Source of the DNA: Eledone cirrhosa
Taxonomy: Eukaryota
Direction: 5' to 3'
Assembly (NCBI GenBank): GCA_964016885.1
Contig: OZ024740.1
Location: 403,496,001 to 403,560,000 of the forward strand
Length of the DNA stretch: 64,000 bases
The translations under genes and the position numbers were made by a program. This document shows positions 1 through 14,103 of this stretch, one piece after another (the first letter of the stretch is position 1; each line of letters begins with the position of its first letter). The notes beneath the pieces were generated by a model, which saw only the letters and a list, made by a program, of their open reading frames with translations, did no database searches and had not been told where the DNA came from.

Positions 1-2196
1 TAGGTTGATAGATAGATGGGGAGGCTGGTTGATACTTGGGTACGAAGGTATGTATATATGAATGTAAGTATGAATGTAGATAGGTAGGTAGGAAGGTAGG
101 TAGGCTAGTAGGTAGGTAGATATTTATGGAGGTGGGTGGTACATATATATGTATGTATGTGCCAACTCTTACCTATTGTCATGAATCCTGGGTAATGCCT
201 GTAGTATCAGAGCTGTCAGCTCACAATTATGGAGAAGTAGTGACTCTACCTGGATCTTTGAACTCTCTGATCTTTGAGCTATGTACTCTATTGAGTAACA
301 TTACTCCAAAGACCCTTCGGAGGAACCCCATTTTGGCTACTTGTATTTGGGATCATATTTGTTTAGTTATCTCCCCTCCCATTTGCAGCCTTCACTCTAT
401 CAACCTACTTACTTATGCATCAACCACACTACTTACCATCCTCTACCACATATCTACCAAGATATCAGGCTGAAGTTTGAGAGAAATACTACAGTTGACT
501 AACTGCATAGAGGTTTCTTAAGAGGATCAGCAGCTGCCTATGTTCAAATCCCATCAAAGTCGACTTTGTTTTTTATTTTCCTTTGGGTGATAAAATAAAT
601 ACCAGTCAAGCACTGGTATGGACATGATAAATGCTGGGTGAAGAAGTGCCAGGTGTCAGTGGAAGAAAGATGTAGTAGAGAAAGACCAAGAGAAATCTTA
701 GTGGTAGTCGGGAGGATTGATAGTGGTGGTGGAAGTAATAGAAAATGTAATACAAGGGAAAGGCAGAGTCCAATAAACTGAGAAAGTTAAGGGCAGAAAG
801 AAATTCTGCAAGGCATCATGTCTGATGTTCTAACAATTCTGTAAACCATCCTAGGTAGGTAAGTAGGTAGGTATGATGAAAGGCAAAGTTGAATTCAATG
901 GTATCTACCAAGTAATCATTGATATCTGATGAATGGGCTTCATATGTTGGATAAGGTAATGATTTCTACTATAGGCACAAGGCCAGCAATTTTGGGGGAG
1001 GGGAAAGTCGATTAAATCAACCCAGGGCATTATTGGTGCTTTATTTTATCAACCCCATAATGATGAAAGGCAAATCTTAACCTCAGTGGTATTTGAACTC
1101 AGAACGTAAATGACCGTAACTCGATGTCACGAAGCATGTTGCCAGTGCTCTAGCGATACTGCCAAGGTAGTGTAAGCTATCATCATCATCGATTAACGTT
1201 TATCTTCCATGCTAGCATGGGTTAGACGGGTTTGTCCCATTTAGAGACAAGCTGGTGACCGTGTCTCGCTCATATAGGAGAGTTTCTGGCTGGTTTTCTA
1301 CGGCTGGATGCCCTTCCTAACACCAATCACATTGACAGTGTGTGCTGGGTGTTTTTTGTCGTGGCTTTTACACGTCCACTTTACATGAAATAGTGGAACA
1401 GTCAATTCATTTTGCGAAGGCAAATGATGACAATCTTCATATGCAGACTTCTCAAGTGAAACTGCAACAATGTGGGACGATGTTTAGTTTAAATTTAACA
1501 GTCGTCAACAGATATTCACGATTCACGATTCTTAATCCATTTATAAATTGTGTCTTTTAAGTAAGCTGCATAGGCTGTTGATAGCACACGAAAATGACGA
1601 TTTAAAATTATTATTTCTGATCAAACGCGAGAGGTGTCTAAATCTGTGAAACTCCAAAGGTCTTTTCGCCCCCTTTCACCCTCCTTTTTCTATAAATCTA
1701 GTCGTTTCCGACTGGTTTAGAGGTCATATTTGTTGATATCACGCGGAAAAAAAATCGTAGAGAAAATTTCGAGGATGGCGGTTATCCGGGGAGGAGAGGG
1801 GAGGGGGCGATACACCCAACCCCCTCCCTTTTTATGGGGAAAAATCGATTGCGGGCATCTTGGAGGTTAGATTAGCTGATAGTACACGAAAAAAACGAGG
1901 AAAAAATTGTTTTCCCCACTGAAATCGAGGGGGGTGTTCTTCTATAAAATTACCCTGCATCGTTACAGTTTTCTATTACTTTCTAATTTATTTACATTTA
2001 CTATCGTAATTTATCAACACTTCCGGTTCTTTACTGTTATTTTGTACACTATAATAAGATTAAACTTCGCCGGTGATCAATAAAAATATAAGATGATACG
2101 TAGGATTAAGCTAGGTACATATTTAAATGAGATGTAATAATTCGTGTAAATATAAAGGAATCATAAAATAACATTTCATAACTGAAGTAAAATATT

Positions 2197-2268
2197 GGGC
2201 TCGTCCGGGAATTGAACCCGGGACCTCCCGCACCCGAAGCGGGAATCATACCCCTAGACCAACGAGCC
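2197..2268 (-). tRNA. tRNA-Pro, anticodon CGG
   Basis: Reverse complement reads GGCTCGTTGGTCTAGGGGTATGATTCCCGCTTCGGGTGCGGGAGGTCCCGGGTTCAATTCCCGGACGAGCCC (72 nt). Cloverleaf is intact: acceptor stem GGCTCGT/ACGAGCC, anticodon stem CCCGC/GCGGG, A and B boxes present. A TTTT Pol III terminator lies 4 nt downstream (2189-2192). Confidence 0.97.
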
Positions 2269-3659
2269 AGACACAAGAACCGGCGATAAATATAGTAATT
2301 AAACCCAATCGCTATTATTATACGTATTATAGTTTCAGAATTGTTGGATTTACGTTGAATAATGGCAAAATAAATGTATTTTGAAAGAAATAGTCTATAT
2401 AAAACAATAACTTCCTCATTTTCGCGGTTTAAACATCGCACATTGAAGCGGTAGTCGCCATTAAGTGTATAGAAGCCGATAAACAGGAAGCAGCATTTCA
2501 GCTGTTGAGACGTCTACAGTTTCTATTGAAATTTTGATTACGAAAACTTACATATGGAAGACTCATCGTGTTAGTACTATAGCACTTATAATTATGTTTT
2601 TGGTGGGTAAAACAGACGTACAATTCATTGTATTGTAATAATATGAAATTTATACAAAGATAAATCTATACAAATCCATGATTAAATAGAATGTATGATT
2701 ATGCGTGAATTTTATTGTACAATTGTAACCTAAATGATTTACCATACATTTTTTTCCGCTTTTACTTTTAATCATTCAGCGAGTTGACGCAACATTCGTT
2801 CTAACGGTGAAAGAATTAGTCAAATGTATTACTACTAATTATTTTAATGGTCACAGGAGCAGTGTTGTTTCGACTGGATTTGAACTTTAAGCAACTTGAT
2901 ACACGGACAACTCCTTTTATACAAATCCAACACCATACGGTGTTTTTCTTCCATAAGCCTAATATTTTTAGAGCAGCTAAATCCATTTCCAAAGGGCATA
3001 TTTATTATGAAAGTGATGTAGTAATTAAGTGTGCACTTAATTTTTGAGATTCGTTTCTTTTGTACATCATGTTCAGTTCCAATTCAAATTATAAAGCAAG
3101 CTGTGCATTCAGTATCTGGAAAACTCTACTGGCGTTATAGTGATAGAGGGAAGGGAAGAGAACACGAAGGAGAGAGAGTGAAATAGAATTCACTGTGAGA
3201 TAGAGAGTGTGTGTGTGCGCGACAGAGATGGCATAGCAAGGAATGGATAGTATTTTTAGTATAGAACAATTACGATCCGGCAACCTAATCCGTTTTTATA
3301 CCAGTTTCGACAAATACGTACGAAAGCGAGTGTGTGTGTAAAAGTGTGATTGTGTGTGTGGAATATGTTATTGTTTGCAATCGGAAAGTGAGTGAATGGA
3401 AATAAAGTGACAAAAAATATTTATGGAAATTTTTATTATTACAATAACTTTTATTTTTACTTTAAGGGTAGTTAGTTGATAGGTTTGGTTAGAATTTTGA
3501 AGGAAAAATCTGTTTTTCCTCTGATTTTTTATGTGTTTTGAATTAATATGATCTTCAAAACCGCTGTAAACACGTTTTCTGTGGTTCTCCCACCCGAGAA
3601 CTCCATATAACTCGTCTTAGAGACGGATGTAATAATAATAATTTACTAAAGTTACAATT

Positions 3660-4080
3660 TTAACTAGCAAACATGATATAACCTAACTCGACAGAAGGCG
3701 ATCTCTTACTTGCACTTGATAGGTTTGATGCCGTGTGTTGCATGGCTGGAATGAAAATCAGTGCTGTGGAAACTGAGACACTCGTCTTCGCAAGGAAGCC
3801 TGCGCAGCGCACTCTACATGTGAATGGAGTTTCACTGAAGCAGGTAGAGATGTTCAAGTATCTCGGGGCCTTATTCACTGGTAGTGGAAGGCAGGAGCCT
3901 GAATTAAGTGTAAGAATTGCAGGAGCTGGTGCAGTAATGAGCCAGCTTCAGCATTCGCTATCTTCTATTCGGTATTCATGCCAACCCTTATCTATGGTCA
4001 TGAATCTTGGGTAATGACTGAAAAAATACGACCGCGAATACAAGCGGCCGAAAAAGGTCTTTGGAGTGTCCGTAAGGAAG
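3660..4080 (+). mobile_element. Decayed RTE-type LINE reverse transcriptase fragment
   Basis: Translation includes ...GMKISAVETETLVF...LKQVEMFKYLG...LSVRIAGAGAV and then PTLIYGHESW after a frameshift, typical of the RTE RT C-terminal region. Confidence 0.65.
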
Positions 4081-6180
4081 TAGTGATACATCTACTATTA
4101 TCTAGGTGGTGATTCTCCAAATCAACAACAATTTTGTTGTTCTTCGATAGAGTGCGTAGTTCGGAGATAATAATAATAATAATTGTTTCTACTTTTGACA
4201 CACGGCCAGCAATTACTCCAGTGTATTACTGGTACTTTATTTTAACGACCCCGTAAGGATGAAAGACAAAGTTAACCTCGGCGGGATTTGAACTCAAATC
4301 ATAAAGGGCCGTAACTCTGTACTGCAAAGCTTGGCGTCCGACCATCTACCGATACTACCAATCCACCATGGGCATGTGGTTAGATTGTTTCAGGAAAGAA
4401 TCGCTGGACAGATTCTATGAGTAGAACCAACCGGCAGGAGACCCAGGGATAGACCCCGAGTAAAATGGTTGGTCTCGCTTGGGGATTCAGTCGGATCAAT
4501 TGGAGACGGTTGCTTCTGACAGGACCTGCTGGAAGGAGGGTTTGAGGACTCTGCCGCCACGACCCTCTCGGGAATATGTGGGCGAAGAAGAATGTTTTTC
4601 GTGTTTTCAACTAATCTACTCCGATTAGTTTAAAACACGAAAAAAAGAACAGAAAAATAAAAACAAACAAACATTTCTTAGCGATCCCCAGCGGCTTTTC
4701 TATAAATCTAAACGGCTGTAAACCCGAGGATCCCTCCCTGATTTCTTCCCTGGATACAAGTATTCAAACACCCGGCAATTATGAGATTTGCAAAATTTAC
4801 TACTGCTGGGTAAAGTGAATGTTTGTACACTCCTAATTGATTATAACTGAGGATGCGAAAGCTAAAGCTAATATTAGGTCTACATTTAACACCCCTATCA
4901 AAGTCAACAGTTCTTTCATCTTATTAGGTAAATGGGGAATGGGTAGTAGTAACACCTCTCCAGTTCTATTTAACGCATTTTGTTTTCATTTTAAAGGCAG
5001 AGTCTCTCTTCAGGTTGGATGAGCATAAAGCAACCTCTCTAGAGCTGGAACCACGAAAAAACCTACCCTATACACTCTGTGAGGTGGTTGGCATTAGGGA
5101 GCAGATCCAGTCATAGAAACCATGCCAAATATGGAATGAGCAAGATGAGGTTCCTCTGACCCATCTGACCATGACACAATCTATCCAGCCTACAGCAGCA
5201 TGGAAAGCAGACATACACATAAAATGATGACGATGAGGATATATATATATATAAAGTGGTGGTATAGGTGTCATAACAAAAAGTGCCTAGCCCACACTGT
5301 AAAGTGGTTGTGTAGGTGTCACAACAATAAGCACCCAGCACACACTGTAAATGTGGTTGGTATTAGGAAGGGTATCCAGCAGTAGAATACAAGCCAAAAT
5401 CAGTTCCGTGTATGCGAATCAAGGTCCTCTGACCTGATCTCTCACAAAGGGACTGCCTGTCCTACCCATGCTAGCTTGGAAAATGGAAGTTAAAGGATGA
5501 TGATGATGTGTGTGTGTGCTTTCACAGTTTGTGAGTTGACTGCATGACAGATGTCTAGAGCTATGTGTGACTAATGAGATGTTGATTACTGAGGAGAGCC
5601 AAATATTTTAATGATGCCTTTTATCTAATAATTGTTTCTATCTGTGGCACAAGGCCACCAATTACTCAGTACATTACTGGTACTTTATTTTATTGAACCT
5701 GTAAGGATGAAAGGCAAAGTTAACCTTGGCGGATTTGACCTCAGATCATAAAGGGACGTAACTCTATGCTGCAAAGCATGGCATCCGACTCTACCGATAC
5801 TGCCAATCCACCACCTTTTATCTAATAGTAATCAGTATTATATCTTTTCGACTCAAAGCAGATCATCATCATCATCATCATATGTACATCAAATCTTTGA
5901 CATCCTTCTCCTTTTCCAGATATAATTTGAAGAAATGTTATTTCAGTACTGGACATACTGTTATCCAGAATTATATATATATATAATAATTGTTTCTACA
6001 TTTGGCACAAGGCCAGCAATTACCCAGTGCATTACTGGTACTTTATTTTATCGACCCCGTAAGGATGAAAGGCAAAGTTACCTCGGCGGGTATAGTAATA
6101 ATAATAAATTTGAAGACTAAAATCCAGAGGGCTCGATAAGGATAAATATATATCAAATATATAAGAACCGTAGAGCAAAT

Positions 6181-7457
6181 TTTTCATTTCATTTCATCAT
6201 TTCATCATCATTTTACGTCCGCTTTTCCCTGCTTGCAAGGGTGGGACGGGTCTTATTCAGCACAGCATCTCTCCACTCGTCACGGTCCCTCGTCATCTCC
6301 ACCGTGAGCTTCAATGATCTGAGCTCTGTTCTCACCACCTCCGCCCATGTTTTTCGTGGTCTACCTCTACCACGTCTTCCTTCAACTGGCATTTCCTGGC
6401 ACTTCTTCACCCATCGGTCATCCTCCATGCGCATCACATGTCCATACCACCTCAGTCTCCTCTCTCGTACACTACATTCTATCCCTCTCAGACACAGTTT
6501 CTCTCTCAACACATTTATGCTGGGTCGTTCACGCACATTTACACTGCACATCCAACGGAGCATGCTTGCCTCATTTCTCTCCAGCCGTCGCATATCTTCT
6601 GCGGTAGCTGCCCATGTCTCACTACCATGCAGCATCGCACTCCTCACACAGGCATCATACAACCGGCCTTTCGTACGCAGGGAGAAACCCTTCTTCGTCA
6701 ACAGAGGAAGCAGCTCCCTAAACTTCTTCCAACCCGTCCTTATTCTAGATACTATGGCCTCGGAACACCCTCCTCCCATGCTAATCTGATCTCCTAGGTA
6801 CCGGAAGCTATCCACCACTTCTATAGCGCCCTCTTGCATTTGAAAAATGTGTCTATCAGTGCGACTTCTACTGTCTAATTTCCCTGTACATCTACTGCAT
6901 ACATATTTCTCCCTACCTGTTAGTTTGCCTGCTATCCCGCTACATCTCTTGTGTACCCAGGACCTACATTGTGTGCATTTTATAGAATTTATGCCAGTTC
7001 CTTTTCTGCATATCGAACATGGCCATTTCCCTGACGGAATCAGGGTTTTGTCCTCTTTTCTACTCATCAACACTTTTGTCTTAGCTAGATTTACTCTCAG
7101 TCCTCTTGCTTCCAACTGCTGTTTCCATAGCCGGAATTTATTCTCTAGCTCCTCTACTGATTCTGCCATAAGAGCCAGATCGTCAGCATAGAGAAGTTCC
7201 CATGGACAGCCAGTCTTAAACTCCTCTGTTATGGCTTGGAGGACTATAATGAACAAGAGCGGGCTGAGGACCGAACCCTGATGTACTCCTACTTGTATCT
7301 GGAATTCCTCACTAAACTCCATTCCTACCCTGACTTTACTGAGAGTACCTCTGTACAAAGTTTGCACTGTCCTTACAAGCCATTCCTCAACACCCAGCTT
7401 CCTTAGGGACCACCAGATGACAGATCGGGGTACCCTATCAAAGGCCTTCTCTAGGTC
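6181..7457 (-). mobile_element. 5'-truncated RTE LINE (RT domain, PHD-like finger, C-terminus)
   Basis: Open frame from the truncation point (DLEKAFDRV) through GVHQGSVLSPLLF and LLYADDL to the stop at 6213. 3' tail (ATGA/ATG)n at 6181-6211. Short caaat duplication at 6176-6180 and 7457-7461. Inserted into a PLE family-A terminal repeat. Confidence 0.92.
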
Positions 7458-8647
7458 AAATATTTATTAAAATAAAAGATTAAAGTTTAAACCAGTTTCA
7501 GAAGATCCCGTTAAGGGTGAAAGCAGCGATTCTTTGCTTAAACTTTAATCTTTTATTTTAATAAATATATATATATCTATATATATTCAGAAGAGATTGT
7601 TTTGGTCAAAACAGGAGTAAGCAGGAGAAAGCTCTCAACAATCGTAATTTTTAGTTATGAGACATATGCTGGACACACAAGCAATAGGACGGGTGTTTTT
7701 CCTTCCAGCGACATATCAAACATATCGGATATCATCTGAGGAAATCGTTCTCATAACAACACCAAATGCATCTCGATTGCATGGAGAACCGTGGAAATAA
7801 TTATAATGATTAAACGATATATGTAACCTCAGCATCTTATTTTGTCATTTTTATATATATATAGGAAAAGAGTCAGGACCCGACGGCTGAGCTCCGGTTG
7901 TTTTGACAGCTAGATCCAGATCTAGCTGTCGGAGCCCTGACTCTTTTCCTATTACCCACTCTACTACCCTAAGTATCGAGTACTCTGGTGCGTTATGGTC
8001 CACCTGGTTTCTTACCACATTTTCTTTGTTATATATATATATATATTATCTCAAAACTAGATGTATTGTGTTTACCCACTTTTTAGTCAATGGAAACGAT
8101 TTAACAAAAAAACAAAACCAAAAAAAAACTTTATTCCAAACTGGGGACAGTGTTATCTAATGTTTCTTTGAAAAAGAAAACTAGAGTGAAACAATGCAGC
8201 AAAAGACAGAAGCTAAAGGATATCTCACTCCTAGTGGTATAACAGCACACTGGACACTAAATTCCTGTGCTCAACAGCCAAAGTAAAAGGACAACTTCAA
8301 GCATAAATCCTCACTGCTTGTGAGTGCCTAAGAAGCTAAGGGTGTCAACCCTGATAGAAAAGTGGGTTGAAGATAACTTGGAGCTCACCAACTCTATCCT
8401 GAAGAGAGCATGAAGACATAACAAATGGTTTGTGTGGAGAAGAGTAGTGGTTGTGTCTGAGACCCCTGGCCCTTAACTACAAATAAGAATGGGATTTATT
8501 CATTCCTTTTCCATAGGGAGTAACATGTAGTTAGATCTTGAATTATCTAGTTTCTGTCATTGGAAATGTAACTGGTTGACAATCTTCATATTAAACAGCT
8601 GTAAACATCATTCATAGTTGGCTTCTGTTTGTATTACTATCGATTAA

Positions 8648-8881
8648 CCCTTTTGATACAAACTCATTTTGTGACATAAAACTGCCTGTTTTAAAGGGTA
8701 CATACTTATATTAAAACATCCATCAAAATCTTATGTAATAATTTTTTTAAAGTAATGTTCCAAACATCAACTTAATTATGAAAAAGTCATTTTACTAAAT
8801 TCCTCCATATTTTTTATTATTTTCAAAATTAAATAAAACACGAAAACAGTGTCTTTCATTGGCAATATGGTAACAAAGGGG
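8648..8881. mobile_element. piggyBac-like MITE
   Basis: TTAA on both sides (8644-8647, 8882-8885). Imperfect TIRs CCCTTTTGATAC and GTAACAAAGGGG (10/12 match). No ORF. Confidence 0.5.
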
Positions 8882-10249
8882 TTAACTGGTTTGAACCAGC
8901 TCAACCCATCTTGGATGAATATTGCCACAATTACAAGTTCTCAGAGAGTAGTCCACAATAAAATCAAATATGACCAATCAACACTGACCAATCTGTTTTT
9001 AGTATTGGTCCCCTGTACGTGACTAGGTCAATAGCTTTGCTAACTATAATATAGCACATGCCTTGATCCTCATTTACTTGTGAAATGTATGACTTTCACA
9101 AAGTTCTGTAGCTTGATTTTGTGATACAAAAGAGTATATTTTGTTGTCCCAAACCATATATAATAAAAACCAACCTTCTAAACATAAATGTTATCAACCG
9201 AAAAAGTCTGCACACTTACACTTGCAATTAGCCATTCATTTTTTTATTTTGAAGAAAATAAAATCCAAGCTATTAGTTGATTCAAGTAGTACTAAACTGG
9301 CCCATTTTATTTAGAAATATTTTTTTGTTTTTTTTAATCATATTTCTAATGAAAGAAACTATGATTTTCAAATAGTTTTGAAAATAAAGAATTTTTCATT
9401 AAGCTGGTGGATTGGCAGATTTGTTATGGATAAATACTGAGTTCAGCTTTGCTTTGCATTCTTTTGAGGTCAATAAAATAAAGTACCAGTCGAGTACAGG
9501 GGTCAGTATTACCCCCCCCCTTTACTACCACCACCACAAAAAATTACTGGCTGTGCCAAAATTAGAAACCATTATAAAGCTGGTTTTCGATCATGACTTA
9601 ACAAAGGTTTTTATATGAAATTATGATGGAAGGTTTTCAGATAAATATTAACACCTTAAAACTAACAGTTTTGTATCATAAAACCAGTCTTTTGAGACAG
9701 GTGAAATCAATGTAGTTGGTTGTGAACTGCAGAAAAATGTGAAAGGCTGATACAGAGCAGATAAGACACTGTATCACATGAACAAATAATATGACCAATA
9801 GAAGAAAACATTATCTTATCTTGTAATTTCATTATGATGTAGTTATCCATAACACAAATTCAATATTAGTAACCATATTTCTCAACATTGAAGACACTCC
9901 AGCCTTGATTTAATAATAAACATACAAGGTCTCATTTTCAGTTTATCAAGTTTCGTTAGTGACTTAGTGATATACAGATCTTGTTAACCTCTAATAATCT
10001 GCATTTTTCTCTAATATAGTGCAATTTTACATTTCCCATTTAAAATCAGGGTTGTCTGAGAAGAGTGAAAATACCAGTAAAATTGATATATAACTCGTAA
10101 ATTACTACTAGCCAGTCAATTCATCTATTTTCCTTTGTCTATAATTTTTGTGATTACATATATTTAAAATAGTTCTAATGATACTTATTGTTTATTTACT
10201 ATATTAATTAAGTATAATTGATACACATCCTTTTCAAGAGTTCAAATCA

Positions 10250-13200
10250 CCATGTTGTATTCAAGAGACCAGGTGGAGGGGTGGATCTGCTAGATTGATT
10301 GTGGGTAGAAAACGATGCTATAAGCTTTTCTGGGTGGGAAATGACAATGGGCTGGGTGGAGTAGGAATCATGCTAGCAGAAAAGTGGGCAGATAAGATAA
10401 TAGACGTAAATAGAGTGAACGACAGAATAATTAAAATAAGACTTGTCCTCAATAGAACTACGGTGACAGTAATATCCGCGTACGCACCTCAATCCGGACT
10501 GCCCAGCACTATAAAAGACAGATTCTATGAGACACTGATGCTCACTACCTCCCAAATAACCGACAGTGACTATATAATTATTGCAGGCGACCTAAACGGT
10601 CACGTTGGACAACATTGTGACGGCTACAACGAAATCCATGGAGGCTATGGGTTTGGTACTAGAAATGAGGAAGGCTCCAGAATCCTGGAATTCTGTGACG
10701 CAAATAACCTAACTATCTGCAACACTAACTTCAAAAAACGAAACAATCACTTGATCACCTACAGATCAGGGGAACATACCAGCCAGGTAGATTATATCCT
10801 TACCAGAAGACGTGACAGAGTGACTGTTGTAAACACTAAATCCCTCCCCCATGAAGAATGCACCTCCCAACATAGACTGATAATTAGCGACCTAATAGTC
10901 AGGACGAGACGTACTAGACAACAGAAGAGGACTATCCTCAGGAGAAAAATATAGAAGCTAAAGGACCCCACAGCCAAAAATAAATTTCAAAGCATATTAC
11001 TTGATGCTTTCGACAGTAAGGAAGAGCATTTAGAATCGGACAATATAGAGGGACAGTGGGAATTTCTGAAAGCAAACCTGCTGATGGCGACAGACGAAGT
11101 CTGTGGCTGGAGCAGGAGGAGAGTAACATGGTGGTGGAACAGTAAGGTGGAGGGGTCAATTAAGGCCAAAAAGCAGGCTTGGAAAGTATGGCGGGATGGG
11201 GGAAGTAGAGAAGACTATCAAGTGGCCAGGAGGGAAGCTAGGAGACAAGTGTACTTCGCAAGAAGAGAAGCAGAGGAAAGAAAGTTCAAGCATGTTCTAC
11301 AACGCGAGGACCAAAAACGTGAGGTGTTCAGGATTGCTAGGCAATGTGTCAAGGAAAACAGTGATATTGTCGGGGAGAAGTGTGTACTTAATGATGACGG
11401 CGTACTTGCCATCACCGACGCTGATAAGAAGGTAGCTTGGAAGTGTCACTATGAAAGGCTACTAAATGAGGAGAATAAATGGGAGAAAGACAGTCTCCCC
11501 CACATCGACCCAATAGAGGGACCAGCAGTGTTAGTCGAGGGTAGTATAATAAGTAAGGCAATCAAAGATATGAAGACGGGTAAGGCGGCTGGGCCTTCGG
11601 AAATAGTTGCCGAGATGCTGAAGGCATCTGGTACGGTGGGACACACCATGGTCACCCGGATAGTCAACCAAGTCATACAGAATGGGGCTGTTCCGAAGGA
11701 CTGGCGTAGCAGCATCATCGTTAACTGTTATAAGGGTAAAGGAGATGCCCTAGATAGGAGTAACTCTAGAGGCATTAAATTAATCGACCAGGTCATGAAG
11801 GTCACGGAAAAAGTAATAGCGCAACTAATCAGAGAGCGAATTGATCTAGATGAAATGCAGTTCAGGTTTGTGTCAGGAAAAAGTACCACAGACGCTCTTT
11901 TCATTGTACGACAACTACAGAAGTACCTAGCTAAAAGTAAACCCCTATACTTAGCTTTCGTCGACTTGGAGAAAGCCTTCGACCGAGTCCCCCGTTCCAT
12001 TATCTGGTGGGCTCTTAGAAAACTAGGTGTTGATGAATGGCTTGTGAGAGCTATACAAGCCATGTATAAAGAAACAGTCAGCAAGGTTTAACAACGAATA
12101 TAGTGAAGAGTTTAGTGTGAAAGTTGGTGTTCATCAGGGCTCTGTTCTTAGCCCCCTACTATTTATTATTGCCCTCCAGGCTATAACAGTGGAGTTCAAG
12201 ACCTGCTGCCCATGGGAACTCCTATACGCAGATGATCTAACGCTCATAGCTGAATCAATGGCCGAGCTAGAGAAGAAATTCCAAACATGGAAGCACGGCC
12301 TAGAATCAAAAGGCCTTAAAATTAACCTGGCTAAGACTAAAGTTCTAGTTTGTAAGAAAGAAAATAAGGCGGCGGTCCCCTCCGGGAAGTGGCCATGCTC
12401 AAAGTGTAGGAAAGGCGTAGGTAGAAACTCCATTTTGTGTCCCAAATGCAAAGTTTGGGTGCATAAAAGATGTAGTGGGATCACAGGTAAGCTAACTAAG
12501 AACATAGATTTTACATGTGGCCGGTGTTCTGGGGCAATAAGTAGCAGCAAGTGCCCAAAAAATACTAGCTCTTTCAACTGCGCAGAGGGTTCTATAGAAA
12601 TAGTGGACAGCTTCCGTTACCTGGGTGACAAAATCAGCAGTGGGGGAGGGTGCTCTGAAAGTACAGTAGCTAGAGTCAGAACTGGGTGGAAAAAGTTCAG
12701 AGAGCTCATACCACTATTAGCCGCTAAAGGGTTCTCCCTAAAAATGAAAGGCAGGTTGTACGATGCCTGCATACGAACAGCAATGTTGCATGGCAGTGAG
12801 ACCTGGGCATTGTGTGCAGAGGATATATGCAGACTAGAGAGAAACGAAGCTTGCATGCTCCGCTGGATGTGTAATAGTAATATACGTGAACGGCAAAGCA
12901 TAAACGAACTAAGGAAAAAATTAGAAATAAGAGGGATCAGATGTTGTTTACTCGAGAGAAGGCTACGTTGGTATGGTCACGTGATGCGTATGAAGGACGA
13001 TAGCTGTATAACAAAGTGCAGGGCAATAAAAATAGACGGTAGCCACGGAATAGGCAGACCCAGAAAAACCTGGGACGAGCTGATAAATTCCGACCACACA
13101 CACTTACACCTCACCGAGACCTTTGGCGGTACTCAGTAATAGAGAAGACCCGCCTTACCTAAATACAAAGTAAAACCTACTACAGTCAGTAGGCATCTCT

Positions 13201-13561
13201 AACAAAATACACCCCCCGTCCCACCACCCTCACCCCATCCACACCGCCCCTTTCAATGTAAAGTTATGTTGGTGCCACAACATCCAGGCCGAAACAAATG
13301 AGATCGTGTAGGTGTCACGTAAAAAAAACACACAGTTCACGCTGTAATGTGGCCGTGTAGGCAACACGGTAAAAACCTCCCAGCCCCACACTGTAAATGT
13401 GGTTGGTGTTAGGAAGGGCATCCAGCTGTAGAAAACCCGCCAGATAGTCCTATGCGAGCAAGATAACCACTCTTGCCTCAAGTGGGAAAACCCTCCGTCC
13501 AAACCCATGCAAGCGTGGAACACGGACGTTAAACGATGATGATGATGATGATGATGATGAT
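10250..13561 (+). mobile_element. Near full-length inactivated RTE LINE (APE endonuclease + RT)
   Basis: APE motifs IQETRW, AYAPQ, GDLNGHVG, DYIL, SQHRL (10250-10954). RT motifs DLEKAFDRV, HQGSVLSP, YADD (11084-13139). In-frame TAG at 10952 and a frameshift near 12090. 3' UTR ends in (GAT)n at 13536-13561. Confidence 0.93.
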
Positions 13562-13953
13562 CTAGCATAGATAACTGTTTTCTTGGCTTATGAAAAATTT
13601 AAACTTCACTAGGGTTTTTTTTACTGTTTGGTCAGAGAAGGGCTGGCAGTATTCATGACTCTTTTCAAGGCCTCTGAGACAGGAGGAAAATTTGGTATCA
13701 TCATCGTTATCATAATTACATAAACTGTTCCATGCTGGATGTCTTTCCTAATACCAACCCTTTTAATAATATCTTACAACATGCAAATATGATATCAAAC
13801 AAAAGTTTGAGAGAAAAACTATAAATATAAAAACAAAATAATGTACGTCCATTTTTAACAGGTGCATATGTGTGTATGCAACATTTTATAAGAGTAAATA
13901 TAAACCAAAAACTTAGTTTGAATAAATGAGTTGAAAGCTATTTATTAAAATTG

Positions 13954-14103
13954 TTATGAAGTTTTACTGGTTCTTTCTAAATTATCATCAAGTTCATAAT
14001 CATCTAATCGTTCATTATCTGTGCTCTGTTCAGTTTTCATAATGGAATCTGTTGATTTATTTTCTGATGAAGACATTTCCTCTTTAGCTGCTATTTCAGC
14101 TTC
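13954..14103 (-). CDS. MRPS23: MRPS23 putative last coding exon (acidic tail)
   Basis: Strong polypyrimidine acceptor (ttttttttctttcag), phase 0, 150 nt open to TAA: EAEIAAKEEMSSSENK...LERTSKTS*. AATAAA follows at 13941-13946. Total CDS 552 nt = 183 aa. This tail is not conserved, so the assignment rests on splice, frame and polyA signals. Confidence 0.75.
   Translation of the reverse strand, partial: EAEIAAKEEMSSSENKSTDSIMKTEQSTDNERLDDYELDDNLERTSKTS

Noticed and set aside
2106-2441. 111-aa minus-strand ORF
   Set aside because: It overlaps the tRNA-Pro gene and has no protein-like features.
2545-2566. Possible tiny first exon ATGAGTCTTCCATAT|gtaagt on the minus strand, near a YY1-like cgccatt motif
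   Set aside because: Only 15 nt, and no downstream exon could be identified in the window.
6241-7191. Plus-strand ORFs opposite the RTE, and the similar antisense ORFs at 11449-12901 and 19408-20820
   Set aside because: Antisense shadows of the RT coding frame.
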